A stretch of 36,558 bases of DNA, from positions 1 through 36,558 of IMG/VR virus record IMGVR_UViG_3300035562_000112. One strand, written 5' to 3'. Below, in pieces: positions 7,613 to 15,769 of this stretch. Below the pieces are notes generated by a model. The model was not told the DNA's origin, ran no database searches, and worked only from the letters and a program-made list of their open reading frames with translations. This DNA is from a virus. Its lineage: Duplodnaviria > Caudoviricetes. The translations under genes were made by a program, and so were the position numbers. Every line of letters begins with the position of its first letter. Positions within the stretch are counted from its first letter, which is position 1.

Positions 7613-8653
7613 TCATTGCTTTTTATTTCCAATGATTATTGTTGGGAATGGACAAAGGAAGTTTATTTTAGCAAAACCTGCTGTTTCACACATAATTGAC
7701 TCAGAAAGTTTTGATAATGGCTTATTTATAAATCCGTGACTGTAAAGTGGCCCATAACCTGGATAAAAACAAGACACTTTCATTCCGTCGTCGAAACGTT
7801 GTATTTTTATAAAATAACAATTGCCCTCTGAGAACAAACTCAATTCATTGTGTCCAAAACTTATCATTTTAAATGATATGTTATCAGGAAGACGATCATA
7901 GACACTTTCGAAAAGACATGTCTTGAGTTCATCTAAGTTTCTCTGCAAATGGATATATTCCATATATACGTCAGAACTAAGTTGGTTTGCCATCATTCCC
8001 CCACCAGGAGACATGATGACTGTCCCATCTTTTAAACTAATACATGCATTAGCGCCATTTGAGCGTAAGTTGTATCTTTCCAGAGGTGATAAAGAATGAC
8101 CCGTGACATTTTTTAACATATATTTTTCTAAAACATGTGGCCAATTATCATATAGTAGCTCTAACAATTGACTATCCGTAAATATTAGATCAGCCTCTTC
8201 CTTTCCATGTTTAAAAACTCCAACCACATAAATATCATTTTCGTCGACTTTTGCAATGAGTATATGCCCTGTTCTTTTGATATACCTTTTATTCTTGCCT
8301 GTTTTGTAATTCCCCTCACCTAAATGGAAGTGATAAAGGCCAAAATCATTTAGAAGTCCATCATGGAAATTTATTCTGTGAAGATGTGTACTTTGGTATG
8401 GATTAATATCCACCCCCCGTGACATCTTGTTAATTAGTATTTGCATTCCATTTATATCTTTAATTGGCACATTGAATTTATTTGGCAAATGGACAAGCCG
8501 TGGCCTTTGTTCGATTAACTTTCTCTTAATGTTTAACAAAAGACATATCAAAGGAAGGCTATTATTATTTGGTATTTTAAATTGAGCTTTAACAAGTTGA
8601 TCTAGGCAGAGCCTTTCTATTTCATTTTTCAGGTTAAACTGGATGTTTTTCAT
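7613..8653 (-). CDS. AT-rich accessory protein, putative YafO-like ribonuclease / defence candidate
   Basis: 346 aa in the A-portal accessory hotspot; DGLLNDFGLYHFHL...KRTGHILIAKV...IYVVGVFKH motif. ORF is solid; function is inferred. Confidence 0.7.
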   Translation of the reverse strand: MKNIQFNLKNEIERLCLDQLVKAQFKIPNNNSLPLICLLLNIKRKLIEQRPRLVHLPNKFNVPIKDINGMQILINKMSRGVDINPYQSTHLHRINFHDGLLNDFGLYHFHLGEGNYKTGKNKRYIKRTGHILIAKVDENDIYVVGVFKHGKEEADLIFTDSQLLELLYDNWPHVLEKYMLKNVTGHSLSPLERYNLRSNGANACISLKDGTVIMSPGGGMMANQLSSDVYMEYIHLQRNLDELKTCLFESVYDRLPDNISFKMISFGHNELSLFSEGNCYFIKIQRFDDGMKVSCFYPGYGPLYSHGFINKPLSKLSESIMCETAGFAKINFLCPFPTIIIGNKKQ

Positions 8654-9101
8654 TATTTTTTACCAAAGCCGTCTTGCTTTTAAGGTAAACATTAAACCAC
8701 CTCATAAAAAATTTGTGATGGGATGGTAACCATGAATAATTTTACATCTAAAATACAAATAAATTCAATAAATTGAAAAGATAAATGAAGCGTTTGATTG
8801 CATTCAGATGCATCAAACAGTAAGAGAATGAGGGACAAGGATAGTATGTGCTCACAGTATCACGCTAAGCCAGCAACAAAGTACCGTTCACATCATGAAA
8901 GATAGGGGGAGATACAAATGCTGCCAACCCACTGCAAAAGTAGTCACCACAAAAGCACCACTACGCCTGTAGTGACGCGTTTTTATTTATATCCTCGTTC
9001 GCGTCGTAAATTCGTTCGCCTTGCAGAAATACAACCATGCAACAGAGGCTACCTTATGGGGTGTAGGACAGAAGGGACGATCCCTGTCGATCCCCTAATC
9101 C

Positions 9102-9120
9102 GTGCCGTCCCCCCCGCCCC
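9102..9120. other. Candidate cos site (cohesive end)
   Basis: GTGCCGTCCCCCCCGCCCC matches 14/19 to the reverse complement of the P2 cohesive end as recalled (GTGCTTTCCCCGCCTCGCC), followed by TTTTATGCAG and a TGCA-rich tract. Low complexity limits certainty. Confidence 0.45.
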
Positions 9121-9572
9121 CGCGCTACATACTTGATAATTCACTTTTTATGCAGTCGTAAAAATGCTTCAAAGTCTTGCGGCTATGGCTTAGAAGAATG
9201 ATTGGGTATGCAAGAAAGTATGCGGATTGTTGCACTTAGTGTATGCAATATTTTTTATTTAAAATCCGGATCGATCTCGATAAAAAATACGCTTTAGATA
9301 AGAATCCCTGCACAGGAAATGTCAGATGATGCACAACTACCCTGCCACGTCACAATTTTATTTTCAACATTCGTGTGACAGGTCACGCATGGTGATGCAC
9401 CTGCATTGGAATTTTACGCTTCACGGCTAAAACCATCGTCTCACTTGCAAATTATCACAACGTGGACTGGTTGCCCTTAGCACACAGTTCTAGCACTAAA
9501 GTCAGTGACCGGTATGCCACCGATACCAAATTTTCTAGCGATGGATTGGATGACAATTTAGATATGGGGGTG

Positions 9573-9622
9573 ATATCTATTTGATATCTTCCTTGACAAG
9601 GGTGATATCAAATAGATATACT
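9573..9622 (+). promoter_or_regulatory. Sigma70 promoter embedded in a 47-bp near-perfect palindrome (operator)
   Basis: ATATCTATTTGATATC 9573-9588 is the exact reverse complement of GATATCAAATAGATAT 9604-9619; TTGACA 9593-9598 at the centre; TATACT 9617-9622 at an 18-bp spacer. Confidence 0.8.
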
Positions 9623-9667
9623 CAATGAATGATAAGAATCTACACCCAACTACTATAGGAGACCATC

Positions 9668-9679
9668 ATGCGAAGATGA
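9668..9679 (+). other. Minigene ATG CGA AGA TGA (Met-Arg-Arg-stop) with strong Shine-Dalgarno
   Basis: AGGAG 9657-9661, 6 nt before ATG 9668; first SD-ATG pair after the promoter. Confidence 0.55.
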
Positions 9680-9697
9680 ACTTAACCCCATAAGGGA

Positions 9698-9850
9698 GCC
9701 ATATCTTACGCGCAACGCGTGGGATCGACGAGATTGAATTAACTGGTCTCGACTTAAATATGAGCAACTGCGCAATGCAGATGTTAATTCAGTGTACACG
9801 TTAATATCAGACGTTTTAACTCTTTTCCAACTGATATATAACTCACTGAA
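9698..9850 (+). ncRNA. Putative structured leader / ncRNA
   Basis: Stems 9703-9725, 9729-9751, 9768-9780 and 9788-9850, plus 9-bp complementarity between 9735-9743 and 9783-9791. Confidence 0.5.
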
Positions 9851-9885
9851 ATCTATATAAAAGAGAAATCGTATAGGAATTAAAC

Positions 9886-10170
9886 ATGAATCTCACCACT
9901 GAAAAACAAGCAGACAGCTTCTTATTCAGACTGAGAAGCCAGGACACCCCAACTGGAATCAGCGCAAACACACTGAAGCAGCTGATCGATGAAACGGGCC
10001 TGAGCAAAACCGAAGTCTTACATCTCGCACTTCGTTTGTTCGCAAACACACGTTTGCCGTACTACGAACCGGATGATGCGGCTTTAACAGGTGCTCAAAT
10101 CCAGTATCTACGCGAGACTAGTCCCGCTAATGACATACCGGAGGAGAGGTTTACAAATAGACTATTCTGA
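9886..10170 (+). CDS. Ribbon-helix-helix protein, putative antitoxin/autorepressor
   Basis: Strand FLFRLR, helix NTLKQLIDETG, helix SKTEVLHLALRLFA; acidic C-terminal tail; RBS AGGA; directly upstream of a PemK-like gene. Confidence 0.7.
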   Translation: MNLTTEKQADSFLFRLRSQDTPTGISANTLKQLIDETGLSKTEVLHLALRLFANTRLPYYEPDDAALTGAQIQYLRETSPANDIPEERFTNRLF

Positions 10171-10178
10171 CGGAGTTA

Positions 10179-10646
10179 ATGATGGCCGAAGAGAAAGAAC
10201 CACAACAAATTGAAATTTTTCCACTTGCTACTGCTGGGTCCATTGTCTGGAGCCGATTCCCTGATCATGGAATCCCTGGGCCAAGCCCAAAACCACGCCC
10301 GGCGCTCGTGATCCGTTCCTCACCTGAGGAAAATGTGGTTTTTGTCGCATATGCCACAACTTCAAAAACTGACAAGATCTACTCGACGGAGTTCCTTATC
10401 AGCGTTAATGACGATGATTTTGAACAAACGGGCCTAGCTTTGACGACGAAATTCGATATGGGCCACACCGTCCAATTACCTTATAATTCTGAGTATTTCT
10501 CAGTCGCTCCCCAGCGTCCCGGCGGACCTATCCCAAGAACGCCTCGTATGGGGACTTTACCCGCCAGCTATTTCACAGTAGCCAAAACGGCTTTCGAAAA
10601 GGCTAACGCACCTAAAAAAAAGAAGACTTCCAAGCCTGAGAAATAG
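10179..10646 (+). CDS. PemK/MazF-like endoribonuclease toxin
   Basis: GSIVWSRFP...KPRPALVI...VFVAYATT...TGLALTTKFD parallels the PemK/MazF motifs G.I.W..F, K.RP.LV, V...T(T/S) and GL; RBS GGAG. Confidence 0.78.
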   Translation: MMAEEKEPQQIEIFPLATAGSIVWSRFPDHGIPGPSPKPRPALVIRSSPEENVVFVAYATTSKTDKIYSTEFLISVNDDDFEQTGLALTTKFDMGHTVQLPYNSEYFSVAPQRPGGPIPRTPRMGTLPASYFTVAKTAFEKANAPKKKKTSKPEK

Positions 10647-10649
10647 TTC

Positions 10650-10680
10650 CTGATAGCCTCCTACTACTGGGGGCTATCAG
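10650..10680 (+). terminator. Hairpin ending the RHH-PemK operon
   Basis: CTGATAGCCTCC 10650-10661 pairs with GGGGGCTATCAG 10669-10680; no clear U-tract. Confidence 0.6.
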
Positions 10681-10855
10681 AATTGCCATTTAGTTAACAA
10701 ACAAACTTTGACGATCTTAGAATGACCTAGCTGTATCATTGCGATTCAGCTAATTGAACTCGCAACACAAAGGCGACTGTTAGAGATTAGTTTTAGCTCA
10801 GAACATAGAGAGTGCTAGATCAAATATGGTTCTGTACACTCACTAAACCGAATGA

Positions 10856-11893
10856 TTATGTGTCCTTCTTCAGCAATTCATAAGGCTTGAAGCTGATCAC
10901 CTCTTCCCCTGCCCACTCGTTTAGCTCACACAGCCGCTCTTGCAGCGGAGCCAGCTCGTTAATGGCAAACACCCGTGCAGCCTTCTCTACATCACCAAAG
11001 CCACCGGTGTTATTCGGTAAAATCCCCATCAGTTGCGGCGGCGTGCGCTGGGCCGCAAGCTGATCATCACGGGTGACGTTTTTGATGTTCAAAAACTCGT
11101 CCTTTGCCGCGACTTCGGCCAGAGGGATCAGTTGTAACCCGTCCGGCTTACCGCCTGGGGCGTACATAAACAGGTTGCGGAAGTTACCCGGCCCTTTTGA
11201 CTCTTTCAGCGCTTTACGCAGGTTATCAATATCCTCCTGCTTATGCGCCGCATCGTTCATGTACAGGATAAACCCGGCATGACTGCCGTTAAGGTAGTAT
11301 TTCCGGCGGAACAGCGTCGCCGCCTCGTTAAGCCAGATGGAGTTAAGCGAGGAAAGGTATTCGGGAACGCCGTAAATCTCCTGGTTAATGTCAGGATCCA
11401 GCAGGTGGAAAATAGAACCCTCCGCAAACTGATGCGGCTCCATCCATGATTGCACGAACCAGTAAGAGTCAGTTTCAACACCACGGCGGGTGTATTTCGC
11501 CAGGCTGGGGGCCAGCTTCATCAGGCCGCCCAACCGGTTATAGCGCCCCTCAATAAAACTGTTGCCAAACACCATAAAATCCTGCGCATAGCGGCTAAAA
11601 TCCTGCTTTGACAGTAGCCGGTGAGGCTTGAACATGCTCACCAAAATATTGCGCTTCATGGTGATCGGTGAACTGTGATGCACTGCTGCGCGGAACGTTT
11701 TCGCAAGGCCACTGAAAGAGATCGGCGGCTCATACCAACGGTCAACAATGCTGCATTCCAGATAGTCCAGGATTTCACGACGATCCAGCATCGGGATCGG
11801 GTCGCCGAAGGTGAAGGCCTCAACATGCTGTGCGCCGCTTTGTTTCTGCGTGATCGGCTGGGTATTTTTGTGGCCCCGGTTGCGTTTACTCAT
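10856..11893 (-). CDS. Q: Portal protein gpQ
   Basis: EAFTFGDP, WYEPPISFSGLAK, DINQEIYGVPEY and AAKDEFLNIK motifs of P2/PBSX portals. Confidence 0.96.
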   Translation of the reverse strand: MSKRNRGHKNTQPITQKQSGAQHVEAFTFGDPIPMLDRREILDYLECSIVDRWYEPPISFSGLAKTFRAAVHHSSPITMKRNILVSMFKPHRLLSKQDFSRYAQDFMVFGNSFIEGRYNRLGGLMKLAPSLAKYTRRGVETDSYWFVQSWMEPHQFAEGSIFHLLDPDINQEIYGVPEYLSSLNSIWLNEAATLFRRKYYLNGSHAGFILYMNDAAHKQEDIDNLRKALKESKGPGNFRNLFMYAPGGKPDGLQLIPLAEVAAKDEFLNIKNVTRDDQLAAQRTPPQLMGILPNNTGGFGDVEKAARVFAINELAPLQERLCELNEWAGEEVISFKPYELLKKDT

Positions 11894-13663
11894 TTAAAAA
11901 ATCTCCATAAAACCTGTATTGCTACCGGTTGCCCCTTCGAGCGGTTCATTGAATAAGGCGTGCATTACCGCCCAGGCTACGTCACCGTGGCTGACGCCTT
12001 CGGCGCGACTGGTGACATAGGTTGCCCGCCGGCCCGTTGCGGTCATCTGTTTGCGGATGGACATAAACGCCTGGGCGATATCCAGCGCACCGGCGTCAAA
12101 CTCCAGGCGGCCAGAGCGGATCACATCGCGGGCTTTCAGTACAAGGTCGGTTTTCATTTCAAGGCTGTAGTTGATGGCGTTAACCGCCGGGAAGAATTGG
12201 CGCACCAGTTGCGACACCGCACGGCCAAGGCCAGTGTTATCAATCCCGATATAAGTCACGTTGTAGCGCTCAGTCAGCGCCTTGATATTTTTGGCCTGGG
12301 CGGAAAAATCCATTCCGCGCCACTGATGGCGCTCCAGCACGCGGAACTTGCCGCCAGCAATCAGCGGCGGCAGGATAACCGCACAACCGGCGCTGTCGCC
12401 GTTTTCAGAACTGGCCGGGTCATAACCGATCCAGACCTCCCGTGCCGCCACCGGGCGCAATGCAAAGGGTTTAACATCTGTCCAATGCTCCCAACTGTCG
12501 ACCATGCAGCGCTGCATTTCCCCCATCGGGAACACCGACGCGGTATCGTCAATGAAGTTGCACATGAACAGGTTTTCAAAGTCTTCATCGCTGTTTTCCT
12601 CGCGCAGCTCATCGAGGTCAAACAGGTCACAGCCCCCGCGTAACGCATCCTCAATGGTGACAATCTGGCGAAATTGCTTGTCTTCACAGAGCAGACCGCT
12701 GGCCAGGCGTTTATAGCTAACGTCAATTTCCCGGCGTCTATCCTTCGATTTGCCCTTGTTAAACAGCGTGCCATTCCAGAATGAATAGGCTTCATGAGTC
12801 ATGCTGGACGGGGTGGAAAAGTACGTTGAGCGATAACGCGTTTGGGATGCCATACCCGATGCGGCCCGCCGCAGCTTCTTAAAGCCCGGGATCCAGAAAT
12901 ACTCATCCAGATACAGGTTGCCTGGTCGCCCCTGGGCGGTGTTGGAGTTGGTGCCCAAAAAGTGCATTTCCGCCGCGTTCGGCAGGATGATTGTTTCACC
13001 ACGCAGCTCAACATCAACCTCCTGCGCAAAGGCCATGATGTAGTTTTTGAACTGGTGTGCCTGCGCCTTTGAGGCAGAAACAAACATCTGATTGCGTCCC
13101 GTGTCCAGGGCGTCGATCAGGGCTTCACGGGCAAAATAGTAGGTTGCGCCGATCTGGCGACTTTTCAGGATATTGCGGATACGGAATTCTTTCGACAGCC
13201 CGGCCTGATACCAACTGCGTTGATATTCAAACATCTGTTCTAAAAAGATTTCTTTCAACCGGGCGTGTTGCTCATCCGTAAAGGCATTTTTCTGCGTACG
13301 TTTACGCGGGCCAGCGTTGCGCGCTGCAATATTGGGGTTGAGATCGGCCTCATTCCCGCCGCCGTTGTATTTCCCTATGCGGGCGTGTCGCTCCGCCTGG
13401 CGGGCCAACAGGTCAATTTCCTTGAGATCGCGCCCTTCCTTCTCCGGCTTTAAGATTAGTTGGCAATACCGGGCGGCAGTCGTGATTTGCATCTGGTCGA
13501 GAGGGCCGTAATCGTCCCACTTGTCGCGGCGTTTCCAACTGTGTACCGTGACGGGCTTCTCCCCGATCATCTCGGCGATGCGGGCCACTCGCAGCCCCTG
13601 CCAGTAGAGATACATCGCTTGACGGCGGGGATCCAAATCGGCACTGATAGTAATAGCATTCAT
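11894..13663 (-). CDS. P: Terminase ATPase subunit gpP
   Basis: DPRRQAMYLYWQG, ILKSRQIGATYYF (Walker A region), LYLDEYFWIP (Walker B), GYDP nuclease motif. Confidence 0.96.
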   Translation of the reverse strand: MNAITISADLDPRRQAMYLYWQGLRVARIAEMIGEKPVTVHSWKRRDKWDDYGPLDQMQITTAARYCQLILKPEKEGRDLKEIDLLARQAERHARIGKYNGGGNEADLNPNIAARNAGPRKRTQKNAFTDEQHARLKEIFLEQMFEYQRSWYQAGLSKEFRIRNILKSRQIGATYYFAREALIDALDTGRNQMFVSASKAQAHQFKNYIMAFAQEVDVELRGETIILPNAAEMHFLGTNSNTAQGRPGNLYLDEYFWIPGFKKLRRAASGMASQTRYRSTYFSTPSSMTHEAYSFWNGTLFNKGKSKDRRREIDVSYKRLASGLLCEDKQFRQIVTIEDALRGGCDLFDLDELREENSDEDFENLFMCNFIDDTASVFPMGEMQRCMVDSWEHWTDVKPFALRPVAAREVWIGYDPASSENGDSAGCAVILPPLIAGGKFRVLERHQWRGMDFSAQAKNIKALTERYNVTYIGIDNTGLGRAVSQLVRQFFPAVNAINYSLEMKTDLVLKARDVIRSGRLEFDAGALDIAQAFMSIRKQMTATGRRATYVTSRAEGVSHGDVAWAVMHALFNEPLEGATGSNTGFMEIF

Positions 13664-13740
13664 GTGCAATCAGCCTGAAATTCAACGTTTCAATGCCGAA
13701 AGGCTACCTACCCGCCATCACCAACACCCTTAATGCACCT

Positions 13741-13758
13741 TGTGCCATTCATCACACA
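13741..13758. promoter_or_regulatory. Ogr-binding site for the divergent P/O late promoters
   Basis: TGT-N12-ACA (TGTgccattcatcacACA); shares CCTTGTGCCAT...CACAA with the sites at 19404 and 27852. Confidence 0.8.
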
Positions 13759-13853
13759 AGGCCGCCGCGTTGTCCCCATTCCAGCGCCCCGCCACCATAA
13801 GCCAAACATGGCCAACACCGGCCAAATTCGCTTACATGATCGGGGCTTATCCA

Positions 13854-14651
13854 ATGCCAATTTCAAAATCTTTCCGTGTCGCCGTCGAGGGGGCAACCAG
13901 CGATGGCCGTCAGATCCAGCGCCAGCACATCAAAGAGATGGCCGAAACCTATAACCAGCAGTTCAAAGCGGCGCGCGTCAACCTTGAGCATTACCTGAGT
14001 ATTTTTCCTGACAGCACCTTCTGTGCTTATGGAGATGTGCTGTCACTGAGCGCCGATGAAGTCAGCGATGGCCCGCTGAAAGGCAAATTGGCGCTCTATG
14101 CCCAGGTTGATGCGACGGATAGCCTGGTGCAGTTGAACAACAAGCGCCAGAAGATTTTCACCAGCATTGAGTATTACGAAAAATTCGCTGATACCAACAA
14201 AGCCTATCTGACCGGCCTCGCGTTCACGGACAACCCTGCGTCACTCGGCAGTGAAGCGATGAAATTCAGCTCAAATCACCTGGCGCAACAGGGCCTGTTT
14301 TTCTCTGCCGCCGAAGAAACCACCCTCGAATTCGAAACGCCGGAAACCGAAAAGCCGAGCCTGCTTACCAGCATTAAAGCCCTGTTCAGCAAACGACAGG
14401 CCTCTGATGATGCCCGCTTTATCGATGTTCATCAGGCCGTGGAGTTGGTGGCTGAAAGGCAGCAGCAGGCCGAGGAAAAACTTGCCAGCCTGGATGACAT
14501 GAAAGACGCCGTCCAAAAACTGACAGATCGGCTGACCGCCAGCGAGACGGCATTTTCTGGTCTGGAAACCCAACTCAGCACCACCGACCGCAGCGACAAG
14601 CGCCGCGAACTGTCAACGGGTGGCGAAAGCGCCGAGCTAACCGACTGTTAA
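13854..14651 (+). CDS. O: Capsid scaffolding protein gpO
   Basis: SKSFRVAVEGATSDGRQI, YLTGLAFTDNPASLG, C-terminal LTDC. Confidence 0.95.
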   Translation: MPISKSFRVAVEGATSDGRQIQRQHIKEMAETYNQQFKAARVNLEHYLSIFPDSTFCAYGDVLSLSADEVSDGPLKGKLALYAQVDATDSLVQLNNKRQKIFTSIEYYEKFADTNKAYLTGLAFTDNPASLGSEAMKFSSNHLAQQGLFFSAAEETTLEFETPETEKPSLLTSIKALFSKRQASDDARFIDVHQAVELVAERQQQAEEKLASLDDMKDAVQKLTDRLTASETAFSGLETQLSTTDRSDKRRELSTGGESAELTDC

Positions 14652-14707
14652 GCAACCAATTACAGACGGTGACAGCACCGTTCTAGCCGATTTATAGGAT
14701 AAGAGAA

Positions 14708-15766
14708 ATGAGAAAGGTAACCCGTGAGCAGTACAAGAAGTATGTGAACCAGATTGCCGCCATCAACGGCATTGATGCCCTGGATGTGGCGGGGAAGTTC
14801 ACCGTTGAGCCGTCCGTCAGCCAGACCCTGGAAGAAAAAATCCAGGAAAGCAGCGGTTTCCTGAAAACAATCAATATTGTCCCGGTTGATGAACAAAGCG
14901 GTGACAAAATCGGCCTGGGGATTGATCGCCCGGTTGCCAGCACCACCAACACCGATGAAAAAGACCGTGAACCCATCGATCCAACCAGTTTGGATGAACA
15001 GGGCTACGTGTGTACCCAGACCAACTTTGATACCGCATTGAAGTATTCAAAATTGGATTCGTGGGCAAAATTCAAGGATTTCCAGGTCAAAATTCGCAAC
15101 CAGATTGTGAAACGTCAGGCGCTGGATCGCATCATGATCGGCTGGAACGGAACTAAACGTGCAAGAACGTCCGATTTCACCGTCAACAAGCTGTTGCAGG
15201 ACGTGAATATTGGCTGGCTGGAAAAAATCCGCAAAGGCGCGCCGGATCAGGTGATGTCAAAGATTTTGGATGAGGCTGGCGCTGTCGTGTCAGAAAAAAT
15301 CCGCATCGGCAAAACTGGCGACTATCACAACCTGGACGCCCTCGTTATGGATGCCGTTAACGAGTTGATCGCCGCCTGGTTCCAGGACGATACCGAGTTG
15401 GTCGCCATCGTGGGCCGCTCTCTGCTGGCGGATAAATACTTCCCGATCGTCAACAAAGAGCAGGAAAACAGCGAAATGCTGGCGGCGGACGTCATTATCT
15501 CGCAAAAACGCATTGGTGGGTTGCAGGCGGTGCGTGTCCCTTCCTTCCCGGATAACACCATTTTGATCACCCGTCTGGATAACCTGTCGATTTACTGGCA
15601 GGACGGCACCCGCCGCCGCCATATCATCGACAACCCGAAGCGCGATCGCATTGAAAACTACGAATCGGTCAACGAGGCCTATGTGGTGGAAGATTACCAA
15701 TGCGCCGCACTGATCGAAAACATCGAGATCCTGAAACCAGCCGCACCGGCACCGTCGGAGGGTTAA
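14708..15766 (+). CDS. N: Major capsid protein gpN
   Basis: FTVEPSVSQTLE, ALDRIMIGWNG, LLQDVNIGWL, LDNLSIYWQ motifs. Confidence 0.96.
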   Translation: MRKVTREQYKKYVNQIAAINGIDALDVAGKFTVEPSVSQTLEEKIQESSGFLKTINIVPVDEQSGDKIGLGIDRPVASTTNTDEKDREPIDPTSLDEQGYVCTQTNFDTALKYSKLDSWAKFKDFQVKIRNQIVKRQALDRIMIGWNGTKRARTSDFTVNKLLQDVNIGWLEKIRKGAPDQVMSKILDEAGAVVSEKIRIGKTGDYHNLDALVMDAVNELIAAWFQDDTELVAIVGRSLLADKYFPIVNKEQENSEMLAADVIISQKRIGGLQAVRVPSFPDNTILITRLDNLSIYWQDGTRRRHIIDNPKRDRIENYESVNEAYVVEDYQCAALIENIEILKPAAPAPSEG

Positions 15767-15769
15767 TCC

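Noticed and set aside
8918-9136. 72-aa plus-strand ORF with a GGGGGAG upstream
   Set aside because: It spans the cos-like region, has no recognisable motif and ends in a Pro/Ala run from the C tract; probably non-coding, though not excluded.
9698-9850. Retron msr/msd or a known self-cleaving ribozyme
   Set aside because: No reverse transcriptase in the window, and I could not find hammerhead, twister or pistol core motifs by eye.
9629-9885. Classical type III TA (ToxI-like) repeat array or CRISPR mini-array
   Set aside because: No tandem repeats of about 35 nt, no repeat-spacer pattern and no cas genes; only unique stems are visible.
10793-10802. TTAGCTCAGA matching the tip of the TIR-cassette IR
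   Set aside because: Only 10 bp match, without the downstream CTGAC boxes or a partner arm; compatible with chance.
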